64,000 nt of DNA from Vicugna vicugna (lineage: Eukaryota): contig MU057448.1 of NCBI GenBank assembly GCA_013265495.1, positions 88,181 through 152,180 on the forward strand, read 5' to 3'. This document shows positions 1 to 12,760 of the stretch, piece by piece. Numbering within the stretch: the first letter of the stretch is position 1; the number at the start of each line of letters is the position of its first letter. The notes under the pieces were generated by a model. The model searched no databases. It was not told where the DNA came from and saw nothing but the letters and a program-made list of their open reading frames with translations. Made by a program: the position numbers and the translations under genes.

Positions 1-411
1 TCTGTTAAATAGGGTGGGCTGGGAAGACAGGGATGAAGAGCTTCCAAAGGTGGAGTAAACATGACAAACAGAAGATCTGGGAGCAAAGGAAATGCCTTAC
101 CGAGTCTGACAGTGAGAAACTGACCTCCGGGTTCTGCCTATTCTGGCTTCCTGGGAAAACACTGAATACTCTGCAAAGCACATCCTACACCTAGAACAGA
201 GGAAAACTGTGAAGGAGGGACAGCAGCTGAGGCAGTGCCTGAGAATGGCATGCGCATGCCCAGTCACAGTCCGAGCAGTCTCTGGGGACATCGCTGCATG
301 TCAGTACCACGGACCCTGATCTCACCCACCTGCCTACGTGGTATCTGTCTTAACAGAACGAGACATGCTGTAGGATGTGCTGAGATGTGGTGTCTCTTGC
401 CCTCCCCACAG

Positions 412-1186
412 TCTGCGCTCCAGTGTTCTCCTGAGGCCAGGCCAGGTATGGCTTACCCCATGGGGCCACAGAACAAGATTCCCATGTTCCTCACGGGGAA
501 ACTTAATCCTGGGAGAGGGGTGGGGTCCTGACTTCCTCAGCCCACTAGGAGCCCAACCTCCAAGCAGAGAGAGGGCCCACCACCGCCAGGTCCTAAAAGT
601 GGGCCAGGCTGGCTCATCAGAGAAGTCACTGTGCAGCTGTCCTGGGAGGCCAGATCGCACAGGCCACGGAAGCTGTCCTAATCAGACTGGTGAGCTCAAC
701 TCCTTGGAGACTCTCCAAGGAAGGCAGAGCCTTCAAGAACACACACAGTCCACCCCAGCATGGAAACCATCAGTGTCTAACCTGGAGATGTGTTCCCTGA
801 TTCACCCAGCTGAAGCCCCTCATGGGAAGTGTGGGAACAGCCAGAAATGGGCACCCCCCGGACAAGGGACTGAGAGTGAGGGACCACTTGAGAGGCTGCC
901 TGACTGGGGCTCTTATCACAGGTGAGGCCAGTGCACAAACCACGCAAAAAAAGGAAGAGCTGGCTTTGCACGTGGACTTCCCCCGCCTTTCCCAGGAGAG
1001 AAACACTGACTCAAACTTACTGTTTGTTGATGCTGTTAAGCCCTGGAAGGGGCTCATGCAGTAAACATAACTGCCCTTCTAACAGCAGGTGCAGGAGTTA
1101 CAGGAGTCTGCATCCCTGCACCTTCACCATCCATCCTGAGGCCTACAGCTTAGCTCCCAGAAACCAGAGCATTTGTGGTGAATAAA
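412..1186 (+). CDS. Candidate last two exons (412-445; 922-1064 stop) and poly(A) signal of an unidentified gene entering from the left
   Basis: ctccccacag|34 nt|gtatgg joins in phase to cttatcacag|GT GAG..., open to TAA at 1062-1064; AATAAA at 1181-1186. Confidence 0.35.
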
Positions 1187-2967
1187 CATGAAATCACCCA
1201 GATCAGGCTTTGTGACCAAAGACAACAGTACTTATTTGAAAAGTTGGTGAGCAGCTGGGAAGATGGTTATTGAATAAAAACAACTTATACGTAAACTTGT
1301 GGTTGATCAGAATGATTCTTAACCACAGAGAATGCTTTGCCTGCTAACTTTTTGTTTGGTGGCCCACAATTCTTTTATAACCAATATGTGCCAATGCTTG
1401 AAATATGACTTTCATCTGGACAAAATGATAAATCATATTTTTATTGTGTCCAGTGAATGAACATGGCATATCCATTCCAAGGGTCAATAAAAATTTGATT
1501 AATTTCCCTTTAAAATCTATGATCAATGTGTTGTATATCATTCAACTCCTTGAATAACTGAGAAACCATTAAGTTTTTCCTCAAATATAAAAGGATTACA
1601 GCATTTCTTCAATTTCATCATGCAGGCACATGATGGGAGACACTCTGTGAAAACCATAGATAACAAATCCTCTAACAATCTTTAAAATATTAGAATTTAG
1701 TTTCAGATTTGGTTGGATTCTGGGTATTTAGAATCCAATGTGACTCAAATTTGGCAAAGTGCTTTTTTCTTTTTAATATTTAATGTGAAATTTCCACTAA
1801 TTTCAAAAATGAAATAGACAAAAATAAGAGAAGCAATAGATTGCCACAGGAAGACATTTACATCACTGGGGAGAAGTCAGGCAAAGTAATCTGAACTGCA
1901 CAGAAATAAACACTTTGTTATTAATTCATTTACAACTCAGGAAACCTAAAGCTCACAAAAACATTGCTAAATAAACCCATGTTTATTTCTGTCTCCAGCA
2001 GCACCACTTAGGATAGCTACACTGTAAGTGCAAAGCTCTCTGGAAGGAAAGGGAGAAAATGATTATCACAGCATTGAAAGCTAACTTCAACATCATATTT
2101 CAGAAATCATCTCTGTGGTGAGAAACCTCCAATTACATCATCACTTTGTATGCTCTGATAAAGAATTCACCGTGTTCTTGAAGCTAACCCTGATCCCTGG
2201 GTAATTCATTCAACACTTATGGACTTCTTAACCAAGAGCAGAGGAAATCAGTGAGCGGAAGCCACAAGGGGGCAAGGGGGCTCACAGACACAAAGCAGCC
2301 TCCCTTGACAGGTGCTCAGGGAGAATAAAGGCCCCACTTGTGGAACTCCTGACCTGGGATGGACACTCAAGGTGGTGGGGGATAGGGGCAGTATGCTCCA
2401 GGGTGGAAGTGTTTTGTACTGTTCCTGTTCAGTGGGTCCACAGCCCTCCCAGCCCAGATATACCTGGGCAGGGTACTCCTCATGGTCTGCTGGTCATGTT
2501 TCCAGATGTGGGGTGAAAAATATTCTAAGTCCGTCCCTTCCAAGCCATGAGAAAGTCCCACAGTCTACAATTACTATCAGAGCTACATCTGTGAGTCTCC
2601 TAGTTGCCTACACCAGACAATTTGGCTACTGGAAAATTCTGATTAATGACATTTTTTTAAACACCAGAGTTAACAACTTGACCTGCCAAAAATGGCCATT
2701 TATTCATCATTTCACAATTTTTTGCTTTGGTTACCTATTACCTTCTGCAGAGGATATAAAAAGTAAAATCAAAATAGTGTTTTTAATGTACATTAACCTC
2801 AAATCCAAACGCTGTTCCTTCCAAGGTGTGGGAAAAGGGAAAGGGTTCTGCGGTGTTAGCTTTCAGGGAGTGAAAGACTCCTTTTGGATGAGGCTCTCGG
2901 GCTTCTTTGGGTCATGCTGCAACGCCAGAGGATTTTCTAACAACTAATACAATTAATTCACATTTGC

Positions 2968-3154
2968 TGGAATAGATAAACAAGATTACACTGTATAGCA
3001 CAGGGAAATATACACAAAATGTTATGATAAATCACAGAGAAAAAAATGTGACAATGAGTGTGTATATGTCCATGAATGACTGAAAAATTATACTGAACGC
3101 TGGAATTTGACACAGCATTGTAAAATGATTATAAATCAATAAAAAATTAAAAAA
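2968..3154 (+). mobile_element. Short L1 3' end with TSD
   Basis: L1 3'UTR motif (tgtatagcacagggaaata), AATAAA and A tail; TSD aattcacatttgc at 2955-2967 and 3155-3167. Confidence 0.88.
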
Positions 3155-4176
3155 AATTCACATTTGCAAATAAGAGTCCTCTTGCAGTCAGATTACCAGG
3201 CCTACAAGTTCCAATCAGACACACTGTCCACCAGGGCACATGGTTACTGTGAGCAAAGCCCCAAGACCCCTGGGCTGGGGCCCCTCAGGAAAGCCCTTGT
3301 CTGAAGTCTTCCTCAGACGACAGAAAACGCAGCTGCGCTTTACATTTCAGGCTCCAAAACCACCCACAGCCTGCACTGGCAACATTAATCACAGAAAGGA
3401 ATCCCTGCCAATCACTTTATTTTTCCTCCATAGGAGCCAGTCTTGCAATAAGTTCCGAATTTGGAGACCTGCGAAGTCGCCATTTATGGGGGAAGAGACA
3501 CGCAAGCCAGAACACTTTTGGGAAAAGAGCGAGCATCGACGGAGCCTCTCCTGACTTTCCGAAGCAGGTCGCCCCCGGGGGCTGGTTCTCACTGCTCTCC
3601 CCATGCAAACCCGCAGGGCCCCGGGGCTCTAAGCACTGCCTCCCCTCTCCACCCCCGACTCTTTCCGCAGCCTACGCTGAGCTGGCACTCCGCTCCACGT
3701 CTCTCCGCACAGAACGCACAACTGGGGTGGGGGACAGGCACCCACCTCACCCAGCAGGGGGCCACCATGTCTGCTGCCCCCACCCTTCGCGGGGAAGACT
3801 GTAATAACTATCTTTATGCTACCCTTAGCCAGCCAGACCAGAACAGCAATAGCCGCTGCTGCCAGAGGATCTCCTTACAGAATCCTGAGCCTCCCTCAGC
3901 AACAGCCCCTAAAAAAGCCTCCGGACTCCCCTTCCACTTGGAGAGCCTGCGGCCACCCTCCCGGCGCGGTCTGTCAGCACCCTGTTCACCGCGGACGTGG
4001 CACCCGGCAAGAGTGACTCCTCCCGCCTCCCAGCAGCGCCCCTCACCATCCAGGCACCTCGCACCCCCTGGGTACAGCCCAGGCTCCCAGGGCCTTCCAT
4101 CCATTCCAAGGGGCGGCCGGCGTCCAAGCCGCGCTGGGGGCGGGGGGAAGGGGGTACATTTTGCTGCCGCCCTCAT

Positions 4177-5449
4177 CCCCTTGCGGTGCTTAGCCTGAGC
4201 GGGCGCACAGCTGGTGTGGCCAAGCGGAGAATGTCACCTCTCCGAGAAGCCCCGCTCGTGATCGCTCCGGCACCCCTGGGAACCTCGGGTGCCTGGCCCT
4301 GCGCAAGGCTGCCCCAGAGTCCCCGCCCCCCACCAAGCCACTCTCCAGGCTCCCAGGCTGTCCATCTCTCTGCGCATCTCTCGCGCCTCCCAACCCCCAA
4401 TGGCTCCCGCCCACGGCACCGGGTCCCCGTGCGGCTTTGGCCAGGTGGCTCGCACCTTCCTCACCGTAGACATCCTCGGGCACTCCAGTTCAGCAGGTGC
4501 CCGGGGACTTGGCCTGATCGCGCGTCAGCCAGCCCGCCCAGGGATCCTCGCTGCTGCCACCTCTCTGACCCGCTGGAGCTCCTTGCACCGTCCAGCTTTA
4601 GGGCTGGCGCCTGCGAACTGGGCGCCCTGGAAGGCACAGCGCATAGCGCCCAGAGGGGGAGGCCAGCATGAGACATCTGGAGAGGGGCGGGGCAAGCGCC
4701 TGCAGGAGCGCCAGACTTCAGATCCGTTACCCCAGCGCGCGCATTCACCCTGGCCGCCCAGCCCGCTTGGCAGCAGAGATCTGGGAGCACACGCACCTCC
4801 CGGCCCACAAACTGTCGGCCGGGAACAGCGGGTAAGGTGCGGGAAGGCTGGGATCTCAAGGTGCCTGAGATTGCCGCTGCGTGCCCGCCGCCCCCCGTGC
4901 GGGGTGCCTCGCGGAGCGCCCAGTGCGCAGGCGCCAGCCATAAAGCCCCACGCTGCAAGGAGCTGGAGCAGGTCGGAGCAGCGGCAGAGGCTAGGACCTC
5001 AAAGTCACCAGGCACCTGCTGCCCCTGTTCCCTCGCTGTGCCTAGCCTGAGCGGGGAGCGCAGCCCCTCGGCGACCAGCGCCCCCTCCCGAGGTCTCCGC
5101 GGGTCCCCCAGATGGCGGGGCCAAGCGGAGAATGTCACCACTCCGCGAAGCCCCGCTCGTGATCGCTAGGGAACCCCTGAGAGCCTCGGGTGCCGGGGTC
5201 CCACGCAAGGCTGCCCCAGGGTCCCGCCGCCCACCCAGCCGCCCTCCAGGCACCCCGGCTGTCCGTCTCGCCGTGCATCCCTCCCCCACCCCCAACCTCC
5301 AATGGCTCCCGCGCACCTCGCCGGGTCCCTGCGTGGCTTTGGTCAGGCGGCTTGCACCTTCCTCAGTGTAGACATCCTTGGGCGCTCCAGTTCATCAGGT
5401 GCCCGGGAACTTGTCCTGACCGCAAGCCAGCCAGTCAGCCCAGGGATCC
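4177..5449 (+). repeat. Diverged direct repeat, ~370-420 bp (about 4177-4547 and 5030-5449)
   Basis: Shared blocks tagcctgagcggg, gccaagcggagaatgtcacc, aagccccgctcgtgatcgct, gcaccttcctca, gtagacatcct, cccagggatcc. Confidence 0.9.
4541..5000. repeat. Inverted repeat, ~90-bp arms (about 4541-4628 and 4914-5000)
   Basis: Reverse complement of the left arm, gcgcccagttcgcaggcgccagccctaaagctggacggtgcaaggagct, aligns with gcgcccagtgcgcaggcgccagccataaagccccacgctgcaaggagct. Confidence 0.85.
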
Positions 5450-5525
5450 AGAGAGGAGAGAGACCTATGCTGTGGTCTCTCTGCGATGAAAAGCCTCAGG
5501 CAAAGGGGCAGACACAGGTCTCCTC

Positions 5526-5612
5526 TGAGGTCACATGGGTTCAATCCCCAGTACTTCCACTAAAATAATTAATTAACCAAATGTAATTACCTCCCGCTCA
5601 ATATACCAAAAA
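5526..5612 (+). mobile_element. 5'-truncated camelid-type SINE
   Basis: gaggtcacatgggttcaatccccagtacttcc...taattacctccc. Confidence 0.65.
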
Positions 5613-5619
5613 AAGTTCA

Positions 5620-6005
5620 GAAATAAAAATACCATATGGTTTCACTTATACATATAATCTAAAAACAAAAGACACAAATGAACTTGTTTACAAAACAGAA
5701 AGAGACTCACAGACACAGAAAACAAATTTATGGCTACCAGGGAGGAGGGAAGGGTATGGGAAGGGATAAATTGACAATTCAAGATTTACAGATAAAGACT
5801 ACAAGACATAAAATAGATTTTAAAACAACAACAAGGTCTTACTGTAAAGCACAGGGAACTATATTCAGTATCTTGTAGTAACATATATTGGAAAAGAAAA
5901 TGGGAAGGAATATATACATGTACATATATGACTGAAACTTTATGCTGTACACCAAACATTGACACAACACTATAACTATACTTCAATAAAAAAGAATGCA
6001 AAAAA
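5620..6005 (+). mobile_element. L1 3' end
   Basis: aaataccatatg...acaaaacagaaagagactcacagac...gcacagggaactatattcag...aataaaaaag. Confidence 0.85.
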
Positions 6006-9000
6006 TGACATATCTTTAGGTTATTATTAAGAAAAAGAAATTCCTGATGTTTTTCTCAGTACACAGTTCTTTGCAACCCTGTTTTCTTAATATTTTAGTT
6101 CTTAAAAAAAGTAGAAATTGCTGATCCTTTTACATGGTTTCAAATTAACTAAACTAAAATAATTTAGCATTCAACTTTGACTTTTTAAAATTTCATCTAA
6201 TTGATTTCTAGAAATCTGATCTAACTAAAGTTCACATTTTTTTATGTCTGAAAGTGGTAAGTCACTTATTATTTTCATGGTGTCAGTTAAAGTTTTTAAA
6301 CTGAGGACAAAAAGTAAATATAACAGTTATTAGGCTAATACCACCCACCATTATATTATGTATTTAATATAGAATATTAGAATAGAACTTCTAAAGCTAT
6401 TACACACATTTCATGGGTAGAGTTTAAAGTAATTGGATCTTTTATAAATCATTCTAAAATTACATGCATAGATAAGTATACACATGCATATTAGATACAC
6501 ACGTATATATATATATACATAGTTTTTATGTTGCACACACAGTTGAAAGCAAGCCTGAAAACCTGTAACAAATTCAATATTTTTGCATTATTTTAGCAAG
6601 AAAGAAATACCAGCAAGTGGCTAGTTCACTTGATTCTTTGTTAAGTACTGTCAAAATGAATTCACAATAAAATAAGATTGCTTTTAACAATTCTAACTTG
6701 TCTAAGGAGATTGAACTGGGGAGATTGCCTTTCCATCAATTTTCTCTGCCAGCCATCCAGACACACACGCAAAGACAGACTTGTAATGAGCAGCTACTTT
6801 ATCAAGCACTCTCTCCATCCTTCATTAAATGACAGAAAATTGCTCTTTGCCGGGACTGCCAGAGCAGCCTGCCCTCCCAGAAGCCCATTTGTTTCACATG
6901 CAAGCACCGAATAGTGCCAAATCTGCAGATTTTTGGTGCCAAATCACGCCCAAATTTGCTTTGCTCCCGGAGGAGCTGTGTTTTGCTCTGGCGTCTTGGG
7001 GGTTTTGTTTGGCATGATTCTGAGCACAAGCGAACCTTCTGCGACAGAAGATGAGCCTGTGTTTCTCCTCAGGGGCTGCAGATTCCATTGCCCATTGCAC
7101 CCTGGGATCTTTTTCCTCCTGCAAAGTGTGCTTAAAAGGCTATTCACCCCCAAAACAGTCTCCAAGCAAGATGTAATATATGTGGCTAGTTTGGATTAAA
7201 AGCACAAACAGAATGGAAAGTGTGTTCTTTCATTGCATTCTTTCTGTTCTTCATTAAATCTTATTGAATTTGTCTTTTTTAAATTGCACTTACCGATGAT
7301 GGGGGTGAAAGTCTTTTTTTTTTTTTTTTTAGTTAATTGAAAACTTAACAATTTGACCTCCTCTCAGAGAACAAGTCTTTTGGAGGTTTTCAGACAACGA
7401 GGAACTTAGAAATACCAGCAAGAGTGTGGTTTCATCATGGCCACGCTTGGATTGCAGCCTTACAATCACTGTAAATTACTGACCTCGGCTGTAGCCTAAG
7501 GCGAAGGGTTAGAATGCATGGGGCGGAGGCTGGCTGGAGTAGTCATAATTTATTCATACCAAAAGATTAACTACACCACAGAATTGTCGAAATTCTATCA
7601 CAAAGGTGAAAGGAGAGATGCAACTTTAAGTTGACTGGGGGATCTGTAATGGGCAGAAGAGGACAGCTTTCAAGAAAGACCTAACAGAGCTCTCTGAAAC
7701 ATTTGTCTGCTCTGAATTTCCATCCAAAAAAATCGAGACGTGCTTCAAGTTCAGGACTAAGCCTGCAGCAGGCCATGCCCTTTAATTGCCATCTACATAG
7801 CAGAGAATCACTCATTTCTAATTCTCCTATAATTCATTCTCTTTAGTATGCCACATCCATGTCTGTTTGGGGCTGTGAAATAAATGCGGTCCTGCATTGT
7901 GTTAGCTATATACCATCTTGTGATTTTTGTTGATGCTTATTTGACCTAAAAGGACCACTTGCCACATAGAGCAAGCTTGGGGCTCTTGTTTAGATATAAT
8001 TTACGATGTTACATTAACCCTTCATTGACTTAGAAATGCCCTAATATTATAACAGTTTGACACATAGAAAATCAAAAGCCCTTTTATTGAAAGTGCTATT
8101 GTCCACATCATAAGTTTCCTCCACAGCCATGCCATCAATTTCTGACCACTATTGAGCACTGTGTTGAAAAACTAATGGACAGACTCCTTCATCATTTCTG
8201 TTCCAGTGACCAGCAAACAGCTCAGAGAAAGCTTCTGCCTTCATTCCACTGCAGGCACTTCTATAGGACACATCCAGGATAATGTGTGAATGTTTTAAGA
8301 AAAAAAAAAAAAGACTTATTGGAGATTGTGAGGATGAATCACAAAGGCCCCTTTGTTTACTCAAATACTTGGGAAGTTGTGACTTTGTTCTTTATAATTT
8401 CTTGCTGTGGAGTTTACATAAATGAAATAGGTGGAAAATAAATCTTTACAAAGTATTCAGTGGCTTAAGAAATACAGTCTTTTGAACCCAAATAGGAATA
8501 TTCTGAGTGACTGAAGTGTTTTTTTCTTATAATTTTAACATGTTGGCCTAAATCCACATGTGTCAAATACCCTGACACACTTACAGACATCTCAAGTTTG
8601 GTTAGAATGAATTTTTGATGAGTATGTTAGTAACAGAAATATCTCCACAGGGAATGTTACATAAAGGAACCAGCTACTGAAAAGATGTCTCCAGAAGGCA
8701 CAACATTTGAAATGATGCTCTTAGGTCACACAGCGTGCTCACACAGGGCACTCAAGTATGTACACGGAGAAGAAACGCACAAGTGAGCTGACAGACCCGC
8801 ATCACCGCAGGTGTGGTGCCCTGGGTAACATTCACTTCCTGAGATTTCTCGGAGGCTGAGCCTTCATGAGATGACAGTCCAGAGTGAGTCATCCATGCAG
8901 CTCTGGGTCAAAGAACACAGCCACATGGAACTGACCCGGTGTCTGAGTGAGGCTGTCAAGCCTGTGTCCTGACAGATGCATCACTGGCTGTCACTTGGGC

Positions 9001-9678
9001 GGCTGCCAAGTCCCCCCTAAAGTCCTGCAGTGCCTCCTCACTGCCCCCACCCCACCCCTGGCCCACACTGCCTCCTCACCACCCCCACCCCACCCCCAGC
9101 AAGGCCAACTTTATCTTCTGACCCAAGTGATTCTGTAATTGGCCCTCAAGTCCCATGTTTCTTAGTATGTGTGCATTTTTAAAATAATGTCCTTAACCAT
9201 CTTCTGGATTCTAGTGGAAGAGGGTGAAGTCACCCCTTCCAACCTGCCTCTGGTGGGTCCCCCACACATGTCTTCAGTGTCCATCTCGGCTTTCCTTCCA
9301 TCTGTCAACTTTCTGGTCAACAATGCAAAAGTCATTTTAATGCCCTTGCTAGATAAGAACACCCACCAGCTTCAGAGTAATTATTGTCTCTGGGGAGAGG
9401 GTGCGGGGTATCAGAGGGGGAAGGTGATTTAAATATGTCTGTAACATTTTACTTAACAATAATATAAAAACATCACAACCAGAGTGAATATGCAAAGCGT
9501 AGATTTGCTAATGGCTAACATGTCCTGAATACATGAAATTATCTCAATAAGGTTATAATTACCTTACTAATTTCACCTTAATAAAATAAAACTTTTAACA
9601 ATAATAATGCCAATTTCAATACTAGTAGTCTTTAACTGTGTTTCATTTTCTTATTTTAGGTGGGTAAAACTAGGACTT

Positions 9679-10800
9679 CTTAACTTGTAAGTCAACAAAG
9701 CACATTTTTATGAGTCATAGTGGTCCAAATTGTAATAGAAGAGGTCTTCAAATGATGCTTTTTCCATCATAAGAGTTGTTCTTTCAGGACATATAGAAAG
9801 ACTTCTTAATAAGCTTCTTTGTAGTTTTTAACTTCTGGGTGCATGATTTTAAATATTTTTTGCTCCATTTAAAATAAAGTATGACTTCTGTTACCAAATG
9901 AATTACTTCTGTATTTCAACAAGTCTTAAAATCTTTATTTTGACATGACATAAATTTTGATTTTTTGTTCTATCATTATATATGGAATAGAAATAGTTTG
10001 CAAGCATTATTTCATTCTCATTGTTGAATGATTTACTATTTCTTAAAAGAAACAATATAAATTTGTACTGTTCTCTACCAGTCATTGCCTGTAGTATTTA
10101 AGAGGGCAGAAGAAAGGACAACCCTACATACTTGGAAGATTTTTAGCAAGAGTTATTAGCTTATTGCTATCTTGTAAATATTAGCTGGAAATTCACATTT
10201 TAAAGTTATTGAATGTTACATAGCAAACATAATATATATGTTATATATAACATTATACTATATATTATAGTGTGTGTGTATATATATATATACACACACA
10301 TTATTATATACACAATGAAATCAATGCCAAGAACAATTTCAATTATAAAACCTTAGCATTTCTAGGAAAACATAAAGAACTCTCAGCCTTGACATTGTTT
10401 TTGTTGTTGTTATTTATTAATTTTTTTTTTTTGGCATTTCAAAACTGGCTTTAAATACTCATCAGGGTGCCATGCAAAGGGACTAGGGTGAGAGCTTGTT
10501 ACATGTGAGAGGGGGCTGGGATGACTCCAAGAGAGAAGAGACCCATTCATCAGGGTAGCTGGAGTGGCCCACCCCCAAACCAGGATAAGGGAACAGAGGC
10601 CCCCTCTGGAGGGTCCCAGGGCCAACCTGGGAGCCAGCCCTCCCTTTGAGGTAGATCATTGGGGAGGGAGCTGATATTTCCCTTTCTATAAATCCTGATA
10701 GAACAATTCTCATGATGGAAAAGGCATCACTTGAACTCTTCTATTACAATTTGGGCCATTATGACTCATAAAAATGTGCTTTGTTGACTTACAAATTAAG
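9679..10800. repeat. Inverted duplication, ~120-bp arms (9679-9800 and 10682-10800)
   Basis: Reverse complement of the left arm matches the right arm, including ctcttctattacaatttgg and atgactcataaaaatgtgctttgttgacttacaa. Confidence 0.92.
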
Positions 10801-10888
10801 CAAGGTACAATATTTCCAAACAACAAAATGCAAACAAATGAAAAAAAATCAATGTTCATACTTATTTCCTTTAAAGTGAGTATGTGGA

Positions 10889-11165
10889 TAGAATACAAAC
10901 TTGTGGTTGCCAAGGGGAGGGGGGTGGGAAGAGAGAGACTGAGAGTTCAAAATTTGTAGATACTGACAGGCATATGCAGAATAGATAAACAAGATTATAC
11001 TCTATAGCACAGGGAAATATATACAAGATCTCATGGTAGCTCACAGTGGAAAAAATGTGACAAAGAATATATGTATGTTCATGTATAACTGAAATATTGT
11101 GCTCTATACTGGAATTTGACACATTGTAAAATGACTATAACTCAATAAAAAATGTTTTAAAAAAT
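10889..11165 (+). mobile_element. L1 3' end with TSD
   Basis: L1 3'UTR motifs; TSD tgagtatgtgga at 10877-10888 and 11166-11177. Confidence 0.88.
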
Positions 11166-12319
11166 TGAGTATGTGGAAGTATTATTTGATCATCTGGAAT
11201 AAAATAATTTGGAATGAAAATATGAGGTTTTCTTTGATGTAGCAATTATCCTTTTAGAATTGTGCTGGCCTGAAATATTTAAGTCATGTAGCTATATTCC
11301 TAGAATAGTTTGGGTCAAATTAGGTACACAGATACTCCAAAATGTATTGCCAAAAAGAGTAGTTTAAAATAAATAATAATGAACAAGGTTTGTGAGAAAG
11401 GATAATATTGTGATTTATGTTTTCCAAATACTTTCTTCCAGTTTGGAACAATTAGGATTATGATAGGAAATGTAAAGTAAGTGTTTTAGAAATTAAACAA
11501 GGTTACTACAATAATAGTCTAGCCTTTAATCTTACAAAACAAATTACATAAATGAGCAATATGCAGCCTCCTGCATTTTGGTTCTACCTTGTATTTCTTC
11601 ATGTAAAATTTTAGAGTAGTCTAAAGTCAAATAAATAGGTCACTCGCTGAGTTACTTAGTTTCTGATTCCTCAGCCACTTGGTCTTCCAGTAACATCACC
11701 CTGTCAAATGCTGCTTTTTTATTGACAAGTCTGTTGATTACCTGATTAATGCACAACTCTTTTATTGGCAGTTACTACAGGAGACATAATTTTAGTGTTT
11801 GTATGATAAATAGTTTTATCAACACTAAAATTTCCTACTGTTAGTTTGAATGGCTCTAACTATAGGGGATTGTATATTTCTTGATAAATACAGGGAAAAC
11901 ATCATAAATATTAATAAACCAAAGAAATTGGATGTTCTATGTGGCACTTTATTATATTTTACTCCCAAAGTAAAGGAGAAAAACAAACAAACAAAAGAAA
12001 ATATATTTAAAGTAATTCATAGAAAAAGCAACCCAGCAGATGCTAGCTGTTTGGAGTTAAATAGAATATATGGAAAGCAAGTACTTTTACAATCCTCATC
12101 TTCTAGATTTTTTAATGCAGAACGTATAAATACATATTACAAAAAAATTACAAGTTTCTAAATGTTTAAATAGATGTAACCAATTTCATTATAGTAATGA
12201 ATTCATTATAGGAATTCAATGATGGTGATAGTATCTTTTAGATTTAAAACACCTATTTATTAAATGAGGTACATCAGAGTGATTAAAACATGATAAAGTT
12301 GTACTTAAAATTATAATAG

Positions 12320-12760
12320 GTTTTATGAGTGATGTCATATATTTTTCTTTCTCTTTCTAGCTTACTTCTCTTAGAAAGAAAAATACCACATGCTATCACT
12401 CATATATAGAATCTAAAAGGAAAGGAAAAAGAAAAAAAGAAAAGGAAAAAAGAAGAGGACACTAATGAACTCATCTACAAAAGAAACAGACTCAAAGACG
12501 TAGTAAACAATCTTTTGAGTGAGAAGGGATAAATCTGGCAGTTTGAGATTTGCAAATGTTAACCACTATATATAAAAACAGATAAAAATAACTTTTCCTG
12601 TATACACAGGGAACCATATTCAATATATTGTAATAACCTTTAATTGAAAAGACTATGAAAACAAATATAGGTGTACATATATATGCATGACTGGTACATT
12701 ATGCTGTACACCAGAAATTGACACATTGTAACTGACTATACTTCAATTTTTAAAAAATTG
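12320..12760 (+). mobile_element. L1 3' end with short inverted 5' piece (~12320-12373)
   Basis: Forward L1 3'UTR from ~12374; the preceding ~50 bp read as L1 (aagtaagctagaaagagaaagaaaaata) on the minus strand. Confidence 0.75.

Larger units (their letters stand above)
3500..5490. promoter_or_regulatory. GC/CpG-rich island-like region built from internal repeats
   Basis: High CpG density against AT-rich flanks; NRF1-like TGCGCAGGCGC and a CATAAAG box near 4924-4945. Confidence 0.6.

Noticed and set aside
2312..2947. 211-aa plus-strand ORF
   Set aside because: GTG start, heterogeneous composition, no recognisable homology or clear splice structure
3389..5568. Many long overlapping ORFs (up to 253 aa)
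   Set aside because: Pro/Arg/Gly/Ala-rich, open on both strands, no recognisable domain; expected from high GC content
7333..8283. Plus-strand exon-like pieces (LIENLTI*PPLREQVFLEVF...; PCHQFLTTIEHCVEKLMDRLLHHF...)
   Set aside because: Contain stops or lack donors; no family recognised; could be chance
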